A DNA stretch of 64,000 nt from Thermoanaerobaculia bacterium (GTDB taxonomy: Bacteria > Acidobacteriota > Thermoanaerobaculia > UBA5066 > Gp7-AA6). Both the position numbers and the translations under genes were made by a program. The stretch covers positions 13,884 to 77,883 of the forward strand of contig DASWCZ010000094.1 of the NCBI GenBank assembly GCA_036395755.1. The letters are read 5' to 3'. Shown in pieces: positions 8,783-17,802 of the stretch. How positions within the stretch are numbered: position 1 is the stretch's first letter; each line of letters opens with the position of its first letter. The notes under the pieces were generated by a model. It worked only from the letters and a program-made list of their open reading frames with translations. It was not told where the DNA came from and did not search any database.

Positions 8783-10264
8783 CTACTCCTGAACGATCGT
8801 CTCTTCGGCCGGCGTCGAGGGCTCTTCCTCCTGAGCGCCGGGAACTTCTTCGACTTCTTCCGATTCTTCTTCCGATTCTTCTTCCGATTCCTCGGAGCGG
8901 GGCGAACGAATCTCCTGTTCCGCTGCGCGAGCCGCTTCAAGGAGCCTCTCGGCGGTCGCCGCGCCGATCCCGGGGATTTGGGAGAGTTCCTCCGCGCTCT
9001 TGTCGAGGAGTTCGGCGAGCGATCCGACCCCGGCTTCCGCGAGCTTCTCCGCGGTCTTCCCGCCGATTCCGGGGATCTCGGACACGGGGGTCTGCTTCAA
9101 ACGAGACGCCTCGAGCATTCGCGTCAGAGCTTCGGCGACCTCGCCCTTGACCTCGGTCTCCCCCTTGATCTCGATCTTCAGACCGATCAAAGCCGAGGCG
9201 AGCCGCACGTTCTGACCCTTCTTGCCGATCGCGAGCGAGAGCTGGTCGTCTTCGACGACGCAGTCGAGGCTCATTGTTCCGTCTTCATGGTGGATGGGCG
9301 AGACCCGGGTGATCTTGGCCGGAGCGAGAGCGTTCTGGGCGAAGGTGATCAGGTCGTCGGAGTAAAGGATGACGTCGATCTTCTCGCCGTGGAGCTCCCG
9401 CATGATCGACTGGACCCGGCTTCCGCGCATGCCCACGCAGGCTCCGACCGGATCGACGTCGCGCTCGCGCGAGCGCACCGCGACCTTCGCTCGTTCGCCC
9501 GGCTGGCGGACCGCCCCCTTGATGACGACCGTGCCGTCGTAGATTTCGGGCACTTCCATCTCGAAGAACCGGATCAGGAGCCTCGGGTCGGTCCGAGAAA
9601 GGACGAGCTGCGGACCCTTCGGGTTCCGGTGCACGTCGTAGAGGATCGATCGGATCCGCTCCCCCTGGCCGTAGCGCTCGGCGCGCGATTGCTGATCGCG
9701 CGGGATGATCCCCTCCGTCTTGCCGAGATCGACGATCATGTCGCCGCGCTCGAACCGTTTGACCGTTCCGCTCATGAGCTCGCCGATCTTCGGGAAGTAC
9801 TCGTTGTAGATGTTGTCGCGTTCCGCCTCCCGGACCTTCTGGTAGAGGACCTGCTTCGCGGTCTGGGCGGCAATTCGTCCGAGCCCCATCGTCTCCCGAT
9901 AGACCCGGACTTCGTCGCCGAGAACGACGTCGTCGACCTCGGTCGCGGGCTCGCCTTCGGCGCCTGGCCGCAGAACGCGGACCTCTCCCCGCGTCCCCTG
10001 CTTTGCGACCAACTCGCGGGCTTCCTCCAGAAGGACCTCCGGCGGCGGATCCTCCGATTCGGTGTCGAGCTCCGCGACGACCGTGCGCGGCGAGTACACC
10101 GTCATTGCCCCGGTCTGGCGGTCGATCAGCGTCACCATCGCCTTGTCGTGGTAGAACTTTCTCGCCGCCGAGGACATGGCTTCCTCGAGCGCGCCGAACA
10201 TCTTTTCGGTGTCGATGTCTTTCTCCCGCGAGACCTGTCGGATCACCGACGGATCGATGTTCAT
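8783..10264 (-). CDS. nusA: transcription termination/antitermination factor NusA
   Basis: 493 aa with S1 and KH domains and two C-terminal HhH repeats (IPGIGGKTAEKL..., IPGIGAATAERL). It lies immediately upstream of infB and ends in an acidic SEESEEESEEESEE tail. Confidence 0.95.
   Translation of the reverse strand: MNIDPSVIRQVSREKDIDTEKMFGALEEAMSSAARKFYHDKAMVTLIDRQTGAMTVYSPRTVVAELDTESEDPPPEVLLEEARELVAKQGTRGEVRVLRPGAEGEPATEVDDVVLGDEVRVYRETMGLGRIAAQTAKQVLYQKVREAERDNIYNEYFPKIGELMSGTVKRFERGDMIVDLGKTEGIIPRDQQSRAERYGQGERIRSILYDVHRNPKGPQLVLSRTDPRLLIRFFEMEVPEIYDGTVVIKGAVRQPGERAKVAVRSRERDVDPVGACVGMRGSRVQSIMRELHGEKIDVILYSDDLITFAQNALAPAKITRVSPIHHEDGTMSLDCVVEDDQLSLAIGKKGQNVRLASALIGLKIEIKGETEVKGEVAEALTRMLEASRLKQTPVSEIPGIGGKTAEKLAEAGVGSLAELLDKSAEELSQIPGIGAATAERLLEAARAAEQEIRSPRSEESEEESEEESEEVEEVPGAQEEEPSTPAEETIVQE
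8855..8890. repeat. three perfect tandem copies of the 12-nt unit TTCTTCCGATTC inside the nusA 3' coding region
   Basis: The exact 12-mer occupies 8855-8866, 8867-8878 and 8879-8890. On the coding strand it encodes the SEEESEEESEEE acidic tail of NusA. Confidence 0.9.
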
Positions 10265-10286
10265 CGGACCGTGCTACTCCTCACCA

Positions 10287-10805
10287 TCAGCCCCGGCGCT
10301 CCGGCCACTCGAATTCCAATCGCGCCAGCCGAATATCGCCGAAACGGACATTATAGGTTTTGCGGTTCTCCCCATCAACGACACGGAGCAGGTCTCCGTC
10401 GACGCTCTCGAGCGTTCCGCGCAGATTTCGACTGCCCGAGCCGGGATTGCTCGACCCGTTGGAGGACAGGGCGAGCACGGGCGCGTCGGTCTTCACGCGA
10501 ACGCGCCGTCCGACGAATCTCCTGGCGTCGTCGAGCGAGTAGAGCTTCCGGTCGAGGCCGGCAGAAGAAACTTCGAGCACGTACCCGTGCGGGATCTCAT
10601 CGGACGCGTCTAAGAGAGCCGAAGCCTCTCTCGAGACTGCCTCGCAATCTTGGACGGAGACGGAGCTCCCGTCTTCCCGTTCGAGCACAAGGCGGACGAC
10701 CGCCGCCCGTCCGGTTCCGGACGGCTCGACGGCGAGCAGACGACAACCTTTCTCCCGGGCGATCGCCCGGATTTCCTCGGTCGTCTCCGGTTTCAAGAGC
10801 GGCAT
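10287..10805 (-). CDS. rimP: ribosome maturation factor RimP
   Basis: Product MPLLKPETTEEIRAIAREKGCRLLAVE... is RimP/YhbC-like and the gene sits upstream of nusA. The 223-aa ORF from 10958 has a non-homologous N-terminal extension, so the ATG at 10805 is preferred. Confidence 0.8.
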   Translation of the reverse strand: MPLLKPETTEEIRAIAREKGCRLLAVEPSGTGRAAVVRLVLEREDGSSVSVQDCEAVSREASALLDASDEIPHGYVLEVSSAGLDRKLYSLDDARRFVGRRVRVKTDAPVLALSSNGSSNPGSGSRNLRGTLESVDGDLLRVVDGENRKTYNVRFGDIRLARLEFEWPERRG

Positions 10806-10822
10806 TCCTGACCTTTGAAGAA

Positions 10823-10845
10823 CAAAAAAGCGGGCCTGCGCCCGC
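10823..10845 (-). terminator. intrinsic-terminator-like hairpin with U-tract in the rimP-nusA-infB leader (candidate attenuator)
   Basis: The minus strand reads GGCGGGC-GCAG-GCCCGC followed by UUUUUUGUUCUU, about 18 nt upstream of the rimP ATG. Confidence 0.55.
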
Positions 10846-10860
10846 CACAGTTTCGTCGAG

Positions 10861-10888
10861 AGCCGCCTCTGTTTATCAAATGAGGCGG
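10861..10888. other. 8-bp stem-loop (GCCGCCTC / GAGGCGGC) with an AT-rich 12-nt loop in the divergent rimP/tonB intergenic region
   Basis: GCCGCCTC-TGTTTATCAAAT-GAGGCGGC is a perfect inverted repeat. No U-tract follows on either strand. Confidence 0.4.
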
Positions 10889-11010
10889 CGGGCCGCAACC
10901 GAGCGACCGGATCCCGGGTCGGGAGGAGTCGGCGGACCGGCCGAAAACGAGAATCCACCGGCTGCGTCCCGTGTTAGGGGAGGAGGGCGTATTTCCCCAA
11001 GCGATACAAC

Positions 11011-11997
11011 GTGTTCGAGATCATCGAAAAAGGGCAGAAGCCATTCCCGCTCGAGCGAGCGGTCCTGATCTCGATTGCCGCCCACTTCGTCCTGCTCGCG
11101 CTCTTCCTCGCCGGGCCGGGTCCCGCGGCCCGGGGGGACCGGAAGGGCGGTTTCCTCGCGGACCTTCTGGCTCCCGAGCCCAGGGAGCCGTCCATTCCGG
11201 TCGTCTTCCGCTCCGCGCCCGGTCCCGCTCGCGAGAACCCGCGCCGGTCGGACCTCTCCGACGCCAATCGCCGCGCGGGAGGCGGAGACCGATCCCGACC
11301 GAAGGCGGGCACGCCGTTCGTCCCGAACATGCCCGGCGTCGAAGGCCTCGCGGCGGGCAAGCGGGGAAGCGCGCCCGGTCCGGCGGTGGCGCAATCTCGC
11401 GGGGTCGCGGCGCCGCGCCAGGGAGAGCCGGGAGCCTCGGGGGAGGAGAGCCGCCGACCGACCGTCTTCGGCCCGGCCGGCGAGACCGAGGGGAAGTCGC
11501 CGCTCGCGTCGGGCGGGGCGCCGGCGCGGGAGGGGGAACGGCTCGCCCGGCTCGATCAGGCGATTCGCGACGCGGCGCGGGATATGGCGGGAGGCGGGTC
11601 CCAGGGCGGGGCGGGCTTCCCGAACGCCGACGGAGGCTTCGTCGATTCGGGTCCGCTGTCCTTCGACACGACCTGGTACGACTGGGGCCCTTACGCGGAG
11701 GAGATGGTTCGCCGCATCAAGCTCCACTGGGACATCCCCGAGCTTGCCCGTCTCGGCTGGAAGGGAAAGCTGACGATCCGCTTCTACATCCTGGCCGACG
11801 GCCGGGTCGCGGACGCGACCATCATCCGGCGATCCGGGATACCGCCCTTCGATTTCGCGGCCCTTCAGGCGATCATGAAGTCTTCGCCTTTTCGCCCGCT
11901 CCCCGCGGACCTGAACGAGTCGCGCGAAGGCGTCACCGTAACCTTTTTCTACAACCTGCGTCCCGACAAAGAGGGCCCGTCCGAGCCCACGCGATGA
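11011..11997 (+). CDS. energy transducer TonB-family protein
   Basis: N-terminal TM helix AVLISIAAHFVLLALFL, a Pro/Gly/Ala-rich periplasmic spacer and a C-terminal TonB_C-like domain (KGKLTIRFYILADGRVADATIIRRSGIPPFDFAAL). The GTG start is uncertain. Confidence 0.7.
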   Translation: MFEIIEKGQKPFPLERAVLISIAAHFVLLALFLAGPGPAARGDRKGGFLADLLAPEPREPSIPVVFRSAPGPARENPRRSDLSDANRRAGGGDRSRPKAGTPFVPNMPGVEGLAAGKRGSAPGPAVAQSRGVAAPRQGEPGASGEESRRPTVFGPAGETEGKSPLASGGAPAREGERLARLDQAIRDAARDMAGGGSQGGAGFPNADGGFVDSGPLSFDTTWYDWGPYAEEMVRRIKLHWDIPELARLGWKGKLTIRFYILADGRVADATIIRRSGIPPFDFAALQAIMKSSPFRPLPADLNESREGVTVTFFYNLRPDKEGPSEPTR

Positions 11998-12437
11998 ACG
12001 ACAAAGAAAAGATTCGGACGGCCTTGGAGACCGCGCGAACCGTTGCGATCGTCGGCTGCTCCCCCAACCCGGAGCGGCCCTCGAACGCGATCGGCCGCTA
12101 CCTGATGGACCATGGGTATCAGATCGTCCCGGTCAACCCGGGGCACCCGAGAATCCTGGGAGAGACCTGCTACCGGTCGCTCTCCGAGATCCCGCCGGAG
12201 GTCCGTCTCGACATCGTCGACGTCTTTCGACGGTCGGACCAGGTCGCTCCCGTCGCGGACCAGGCCATCGCCCGGGGCGTTGGCTTCTTCTTCATGCAGC
12301 AGGGGGTCCTGGATCCGGAATCGGCGCGCCGGCTCGAGGAGGCCGGTATCCCGGTCGCGATGGATCGATGCATACTGGTGGAGCATGCGAGCCGGGGTAT
12401 CCCCCGTAGGAATTTCGAAGCGAGTCGAGAGCGTTGA
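11994..12437 (+). CDS. CoA-binding domain protein (YccU/YneT-like)
   Basis: ARTVAIVGCSPNPERPSNAIGRYLMDHGYQIVPVNP matches the CoA_binding_2 family. Its ATG overlaps the tonB-family stop (ATGA). Confidence 0.7.
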   Translation: MNDKEKIRTALETARTVAIVGCSPNPERPSNAIGRYLMDHGYQIVPVNPGHPRILGETCYRSLSEIPPEVRLDIVDVFRRSDQVAPVADQAIARGVGFFFMQQGVLDPESARRLEEAGIPVAMDRCILVEHASRGIPRRNFEASRER

Positions 12438-12483
12438 ATCCCTGCCCGGGGTTGTCGGAGCCGGTGCGCGGGAGCCCCGGGCC

Positions 12484-12537
12484 TTGGACGTTGGACGTTG
12501 GACATTGCCGTTGAACCTTGAATCGAAACCTTGAGCC
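12484..12537. repeat. heptad-periodic TTGnnnn direct repeats upstream of htrA
   Basis: TTGGACG TTGGACG TTGGACA TTGCCG TTGAACC TTGAATC GAAACC TTGAGCC runs with a 7-nt period in an intergenic region. Confidence 0.8.
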
Positions 12538-12590
12538 AGTGAAGAGCCACAGTCCCGCTCGGAAGCGGGCGGAGGAGTAGAAGAAAAACC

Positions 12591-14117
12591 ATGGAGAAAT
12601 CTACCAAACGGGCCCTTTCGTTTTCCGTTCTCATCGCCGCGGCCGTCATTTTCGGAATGGTGGTCGCGAGCTCGGTCAATGTCACTCCGCGTTCGGAGGC
12701 GCAGCGCGAGGCGCCGGCCCGGGCCCGTTCGGGCTCGTTGATCCTGCCCTCGTTCGCCGACATCGCGGACGAAACGATGTCTTCGGTGGTCTCGATCACC
12801 TCGACCGAGATCGTCAAGGGGTCGTCCCGCCGATTCGTTTCCCCCTTCGGCGGTGGAAGCGGAAACGGTGATCCTTTCGAGTTCTTCTTCGGCCCGCAGC
12901 AGCGCCGCGGCGACGGCCAGGGCGACGACGAAGAGCACAAGGAGCAGCAGGGAGGCACCGGTTTCGTCATCTCGGAAGACGGATACATCGCGACGAACTA
13001 CCACGTCATCGAAAACGCGGACAAGGTCGAAGTCCGGCTGTCCAACCGGGAGCGGACGATCGCCCGCATCGTCGGACGCGACCCCGCGACCGACCTCGCC
13101 CTCTTGAAGATCGACGTCAAGCAGCGTCTGACCCCGCTGGCGCTCGGAGACTCCGACCGGCTTCGCGTCGGCGAGTGGGTCATGGCGATCGGCGATCCGC
13201 TGAACTTCGACAAGAGCGTCACCGTCGGCGTCGTGTCGGCGAAGGGGCGCTACGGTTTGACGGGCGACGCCGCGACCCGTTCGTTCGAGAACTTCATCCA
13301 GACCGATGCCGCCATCAACTCCGGCAACTCCGGCGGCCCGCTCATCAACGTCAACGGCGAGGTGATCGGTATCAATACCGCGATGTTCCGCCCGGCGCAG
13401 AACATCGGCTTCGCCGTGCCGGTCAACACGTTGAAGAGCGTTCTTCCACAGCTGCGGGAGAAGGGAAAGGTCACGCGCGGATTCCTCGGAATCAACATCG
13501 AGAACATCGACAGCGACAAGGCCGCAGCCTTCCGGCTGAAGTCTCTCGACGGCGCCTTCGTTCAGTCGGTCGAGCCGGGCAAGCCGGCGGACCGCGCCGG
13601 GATCCGGCCGGGAGACGCGATCGTGCGCGTGGACGAGGTCGCAGTCAAGGACACCCGCGATCTGATCGGATACGTTTCGGGCAAGGCGCCGGGCAGCAAG
13701 GTCCGTCTCGGGGTCATCCGCGACGGCCGGGACATGACGCTGACGGCGGCGCTCGCCGAGCGCGACGTCGCTTCTTCGGGCGAGCAGGCGGACCCGGGAA
13801 AGGCGAGCTCGAAAGACTCGCGGGAACGCATCGGCGTCTCCGTGACCGAGCTGACGACACAGGTCCGCCAGATGCAGGGAGTGCAGAACGGCGCGTCGGG
13901 TCTCTTAGTCGTCCACGTGAAAGAGGTCTCCGCGGCGGCGGACGCCGGCATTCGAGAAGGCGACGTCATCACCGAGGTCAACGGCCGGCATCTCACCTCC
14001 ACCGAGGAGTTCGGCAAAATCGTCTCCGGGGCGCGGAAGGGGGACTACCTGAAGCTCTACATCCAGCGGTCCCGCCCGGCGGTTTCCTTCTTCGCGCTCG
14101 TCAAGATCGAGCAGTAG
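12591..14117 (+). CDS. htrA: Do/DegP/HtrA-family periplasmic serine endoprotease with two PDZ domains
   Basis: Signal/TM N-terminus, trypsin-like domain (GTGFVIS.DGYIATNYHVI; GNSGGPLIN with the catalytic Ser) and two PDZ domains. Confidence 0.92.
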   Translation: MEKSTKRALSFSVLIAAAVIFGMVVASSVNVTPRSEAQREAPARARSGSLILPSFADIADETMSSVVSITSTEIVKGSSRRFVSPFGGGSGNGDPFEFFFGPQQRRGDGQGDDEEHKEQQGGTGFVISEDGYIATNYHVIENADKVEVRLSNRERTIARIVGRDPATDLALLKIDVKQRLTPLALGDSDRLRVGEWVMAIGDPLNFDKSVTVGVVSAKGRYGLTGDAATRSFENFIQTDAAINSGNSGGPLINVNGEVIGINTAMFRPAQNIGFAVPVNTLKSVLPQLREKGKVTRGFLGINIENIDSDKAAAFRLKSLDGAFVQSVEPGKPADRAGIRPGDAIVRVDEVAVKDTRDLIGYVSGKAPGSKVRLGVIRDGRDMTLTAALAERDVASSGEQADPGKASSKDSRERIGVSVTELTTQVRQMQGVQNGASGLLVVHVKEVSAAADAGIREGDVITEVNGRHLTSTEEFGKIVSGARKGDYLKLYIQRSRPAVSFFALVKIEQ

Positions 14118-14131
14118 ACCGGGTTCGAGAC

Positions 14132-14166
14132 GCATTTCCGCACGCCCGCCACCCCGGCGGGCGTGC
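14132..14166 (+). terminator. Rho-independent terminator after htrA
   Basis: GCACGCCCGCC-ACCCC-GGCGGGCGTGC forms an 11-bp stem and is followed by TCGTTTTC. Confidence 0.8.
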
Positions 14167-14221
14167 TCGTTTTCGGGGGAGCCGGGAACAACAGGCGCGC
14201 TCTCCGCATTGAAAGGTCGGG

Positions 14222-15583
14222 ATGAGCCAGAAGATCCTGGTCGTCGACGACGATCGAGGCATCCGCGACACCCTGCGGATGATCCTCGAATACGAAGGAT
14301 ATGAGGTGGCGACCTCGCCAGACGGGAAGACCGCGCTCGCGGACCTGGACGGCGCCCCGGCCGACGCGGTCCTGCTCGACATCAAGATGCCCGGCATGGA
14401 CGGTCTCGAGGTGCTCGACAAGATCGTGGCTCGCGAGGGGGCGCCGCCCGTCCTCATGATCTCGGGGCACGGCGACATCGCCACGGCCGTCGAGTCCACG
14501 CGCCGCGGAGCGGTCGACTTCCTCGAGAAACCGCCGCAGCGCGAGCGCATCCTGGTCTCGATCAAGAACGCGCTCGCCCGCAACCAGCTCCGGGCGGAGA
14601 ACGAGCGGCTGCGAACCGCGCTCGACGAGGAGTCGGTTCTCGTCGGCCGGAGCGCTCCGATGCAGCGTCTGCGTCAAGAGATCGTGCGGGCCGCGCCGAC
14701 GGGCGCCACCGTGCTCATCATGGGAGAGAGCGGCACCGGCAAGGAGCTCGTCGCGCGCGAAGTCCACAAGGCTTCGCGGGTCGCCGGCGGCCCCTTCGTC
14801 CAGGTCAACTGCGCCGCGATTCCCGAAGAGCTGATCGAGTCGGAGCTCTTCGGACACGAGAAGGGCTCGTTCACCGGCGCGGTGCGCCGGCAGACCGGGA
14901 AGTTCGTCGAGGCCGACGGCGGGACGATCTTCTTGGACGAAGTCGGCGACATGTCGGCGAGAACGCAGGCGAAAGTGTTGCGGGTGCTGGAGGCCGGCGA
15001 AGTCGAGCCGGTCGGCGCGCCGCGGGTCCGGCAGGTCAACGTGCGGGTGATCGCGGCGACCAATCGCGACCTGACCGAGGCGATCCGGGAAAACCGCTTC
15101 CGGGAGGACCTCTTCTTCCGCCTGAACGTCGTCCCGATCCGGACCCCGCCGCTGCGCGAGCGGGCGGAGGACATTCCGGACCTGGTCGAGCATTTCACAC
15201 GGCGCTTCTGCGAGCGGGACCACTGCCGGCCCCGCCGGTTTGGATCGTCCGCCCTGGCGTTGTTGAAGGCCCGCTCGTGGCCCGGCAACGTCCGGGAGCT
15301 CAAAAACTTAGTCGAGCGGGTCCTGATCATGACCGACGCCGATCCGATCGATGCGAAGGACCTTCCCCCCGAGGCCCGCGTCTCCCCCACGGAAATCTCC
15401 GAGCGCGGGCTCGCGATGACGACGCTCTCGGAGTTCAAGGAGTTTGCGGAACGCCAGTTCCTCATGGCGAAGCTCCGGGAGAACGGATGGAACATCAGCC
15501 GCACGGCCGAGGTGATCCAGACGCCCCGTTCGAACCTCTACAAGAAGATCGAGCACCACAAGATCAGCCGGGATCAGGGTTAA
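14222..15583 (+). CDS. sigma-54-dependent two-component response regulator (NtrC family)
   Basis: Receiver domain (ILVVDDD...DIKMPGMDG), AAA+ sigma54-activation domain (GESGTGKE, GAFTGA-like FTGA, ESELFGHEKGSFTGA) and a C-terminal Fis-type HTH. Confidence 0.92.
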   Translation: MSQKILVVDDDRGIRDTLRMILEYEGYEVATSPDGKTALADLDGAPADAVLLDIKMPGMDGLEVLDKIVAREGAPPVLMISGHGDIATAVESTRRGAVDFLEKPPQRERILVSIKNALARNQLRAENERLRTALDEESVLVGRSAPMQRLRQEIVRAAPTGATVLIMGESGTGKELVAREVHKASRVAGGPFVQVNCAAIPEELIESELFGHEKGSFTGAVRRQTGKFVEADGGTIFLDEVGDMSARTQAKVLRVLEAGEVEPVGAPRVRQVNVRVIAATNRDLTEAIRENRFREDLFFRLNVVPIRTPPLRERAEDIPDLVEHFTRRFCERDHCRPRRFGSSALALLKARSWPGNVRELKNLVERVLIMTDADPIDAKDLPPEARVSPTEISERGLAMTTLSEFKEFAERQFLMAKLRENGWNISRTAEVIQTPRSNLYKKIEHHKISRDQG

Positions 15584-15585
15584 CC

Positions 15586-15642
15586 TGTCATCCCGAGCGC
15601 GGCGAGGGATCCCTTCCTCGCACGCTCCCGAGGATTCTTCGG
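15586..15642. repeat. copy C (short variant) of the GC-rich REP/MITE-like element
   Basis: TGTCATCCCGAGCGCGGCGAGGGATCCC TTCCTCGCACGCTCCCGAGGATTCTTCGG shares the terminal GTCATCCCGAGCG and CGAGGGATC blocks and the CCCGAGGA(A)T..TTC(C)TCGG block with copies A and B. Confidence 0.6.
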
Positions 15643-15675
15643 CCCTTCCGGCCCCAGAATGACAGGAGAAAAAAT

Positions 15676-16242
15676 TTGTTGGCGGTCGACGACTTCGAAG
15701 AGACCGGGGCGCTTCTGACCGGCCATTTCCGTCTCTCCTCCGGCCTCCACAGCGACCGCTACCTCCAGTGCGCGCGGCTCCTCATGTGGCCGGAGCGCGC
15801 GCAAGCCGCCGGGCGCGAGCTCGCGGAGAAGCTCCTGGAGTTCTCAGCCGCCGCCGTCGTCTCGCCCGCCCTGGGCGGCATCGTGATCGGCCACGAAGTC
15901 GCCCGCGGGCTCGGGACGCGCGCGCTCTTTGCGGAGCGCCGGGACGGCGCGTTCACGCTGCGGCGGGGCTTCGCCCTGGAAGCCGGGGAGCGCGTGGCGG
16001 TCGTCGAGGACGTCTTCACGACCGGCGCTTCGACGCGGGAGGTCTGCGCGACGGTCGAAGCGGCGGGCGGCAGCGTGGTCGCCGTCGGATCGCTCGTGGA
16101 TCGCGGTCTCCCGCCAGGGGCCTTTTCCGTTCCGGCGCGGTCGCTTCTCCGTCTGGCGGTTCCCTCGTGGCCGGCGGCGGACTGTCCGCTCTGTAGCCGC
16201 GGTGTCGCGCTCGAAATTCCCGGCAGCCGCTCCCGCGGATAA
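15676..16242 (+). CDS. pyrE: orotate phosphoribosyltransferase
   Basis: ...TGALLTGHFRLSSGLHSDRYLQCARLL... and the PRPP-binding VAVVEDVFTTGAST motif identify a Thermus-type OPRTase. A TTG start lies 6 nt after an AGGAGA SD. The upstream ATG at 15659 is out of frame. Confidence 0.85.
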   Translation: MLAVDDFEETGALLTGHFRLSSGLHSDRYLQCARLLMWPERAQAAGRELAEKLLEFSAAAVVSPALGGIVIGHEVARGLGTRALFAERRDGAFTLRRGFALEAGERVAVVEDVFTTGASTREVCATVEAAGGSVVAVGSLVDRGLPPGAFSVPARSLLRLAVPSWPAADCPLCSRGVALEIPGSRSRG

Positions 16243-16253
16243 GATCGTCTCGG

Positions 16254-16832
16254 ATGGATCTCCACCGCGTTTGCGTCTACTGCGGGGCGAGTGCGACTCG
16301 GGATCCCGCGGTGGAGGCGGAGGTTCGCAAGTTCGGCCGTGAGATCGCGGCCCGCGGAATCACTCTCGTGTACGGCGGCTCCTCGCTCGGTTTGATGGGG
16401 AGTCTCGCCGACGAGGTCATCTCGGCCGGAGGCAAAGTCATCGGTGTCATTCCCGAAGCGCTCGTCGGCCGGGAGGCGGCGCACAAGCGCGTCACGGAGT
16501 TGAAGGTCGTTCATACGATGCACGACCGGGATCAGACGATGTTCGACCTGGGCGATGCCTTCGTCGCGTTCCCCGGCGGCTTCGGGACGCTCGACCAGGT
16601 TCTCGAAATGATCACGTGGAAACAGCTGGGCATCCATGGCAAGCCCGTGGTGATCGCGAACATCGGCGGCTACTTCGACCCGCTGCTCCAGCAGTTCGAA
16701 AATGCCATCCGTTCCGGCTACGCGCGCCCCCAGGACCGGATCGTCTATGCGGTCGCGGCGAATACGTCCGCAATCCTGACGTTGCTCGAGGGAGCGCCGG
16801 TCCTGTTCCGCAAGCCGGGAGACTGGGCCTAG
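16254..16832 (+). CDS. LOG-family (TIGR00730) cytokinin riboside 5'-monophosphate phosphoribohydrolase-like protein
   Basis: GGGxGLMG-type motif (VYGGSSLGLMGSLAD) and PGGFGTLDQVLEMITWKQLG, both diagnostic of the LOG/lysine-decarboxylase-like family. Confidence 0.85.
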   Translation: MDLHRVCVYCGASATRDPAVEAEVRKFGREIAARGITLVYGGSSLGLMGSLADEVISAGGKVIGVIPEALVGREAAHKRVTELKVVHTMHDRDQTMFDLGDAFVAFPGGFGTLDQVLEMITWKQLGIHGKPVVIANIGGYFDPLLQQFENAIRSGYARPQDRIVYAVAANTSAILTLLEGAPVLFRKPGDWA

Positions 16833-17795
16833 GACGAGGTCGGCGCCGACTTTTCGGGTCCTGTTTTCCGGTTTCCGGCTCCCTGCTCCCTCAATTTCAA
16901 TTCCTCCAGGAGCGTGCGGTTGATTCCGACGAGGTCGGCTAATAGTGCAATCAGGAACGTCTGCGCCCCGACGACGATCAGAACTCCGGCGAGAATGAGC
17001 GACTGGACGTGGCCGCCCGGATTCTGCCCGGCGAAGACGTACCAGAGGTAGCGGACACCGAGGATCGCGCCCGCGAGAAGAAAGATCGCCGCGGCCGCCG
17101 AGAAGATCTTCAACGGCTTGTAGAGCGCGGTGATCCGCAGGACGTTCGCGCCCTGGACCAGAACGTATTTCGTAACCGAGGAATAGAGTCGGGAGCGGCG
17201 CGCAGGCGGCCGGGCCGCGACCGGAACCGACGAGACCCGCAGGTCCTTCGATCCCGCCTGGATCAGGGTTTCGAGCGTGTAGGTCATCTTCGAAAAGACG
17301 TTGACCCGGCGCGCCGCCTCGCGCGATAGCGCGCGGAAACCGGAGGCGGCGTCGGGGATCTCGAGGCCCGACGCCTGGCGGACTGCCCAGCTCCCGACCC
17401 TCTGGAGGATTCGTTTTCCCGGGGAGAAGTGCGCGAGCGAGCCGGGGCCCCGATCCCCCACGACGAGATCCGCTCGGCCGGCCAGAATCGGTGTGACGAG
17501 AGCCGGTATGTCCTCCGCGTCATACTGGAGGTCCGCGTCGAAGTTGACGACGACGTCCGCGCCCATGGCGAGCGCCTCCTCGAGGCCGGCCGAAAAGGCA
17601 GCCGCCAGGCCGCGATGCGCGGGCAGCCGCACCACGCGGTCGGCACCGCCCGCGCGCGCGACGTCGGAGGTCCGATCCATCGAGCCGTCGTCGATGACCA
17701 GAACTGCGACCTCGGAAAATCCGGAAACGGAACGCCCGATCGAGGCGAGCGCCTTCCCGAGGATCGCCTCCTCGTTGAACGCGGGAATCTGGATG
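16829..17795 (-). CDS. polyprenyl-phosphate glycosyltransferase, GT2 (DPM1/GtrB/ArnC-like) with C-terminal TM helices
   Basis: VIQIPAFNEE...DDGSMDRT...NFDADLQYDAEDI DxD region plus two C-terminal TM helices typical of polyprenyl-P sugar synthases. A GTG start at 17795 is preferred. Confidence 0.8.
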
Positions 17796-17802
17796 ACGAG
17801 CT

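Noticed and set aside
12484-12510. sigma-54 promoter (TGGCAC-N5-TTGC) in the TTGGACG repeats
   Set aside because: GG/GC spacing is off by 2 nt or more in every register.
15658-15661. ATG at 15659 as the pyrE start
   Set aside because: It is out of frame with the OPRTase reading frame. An in-frame TTG at 15676 with an AGGAGA SD is used instead.
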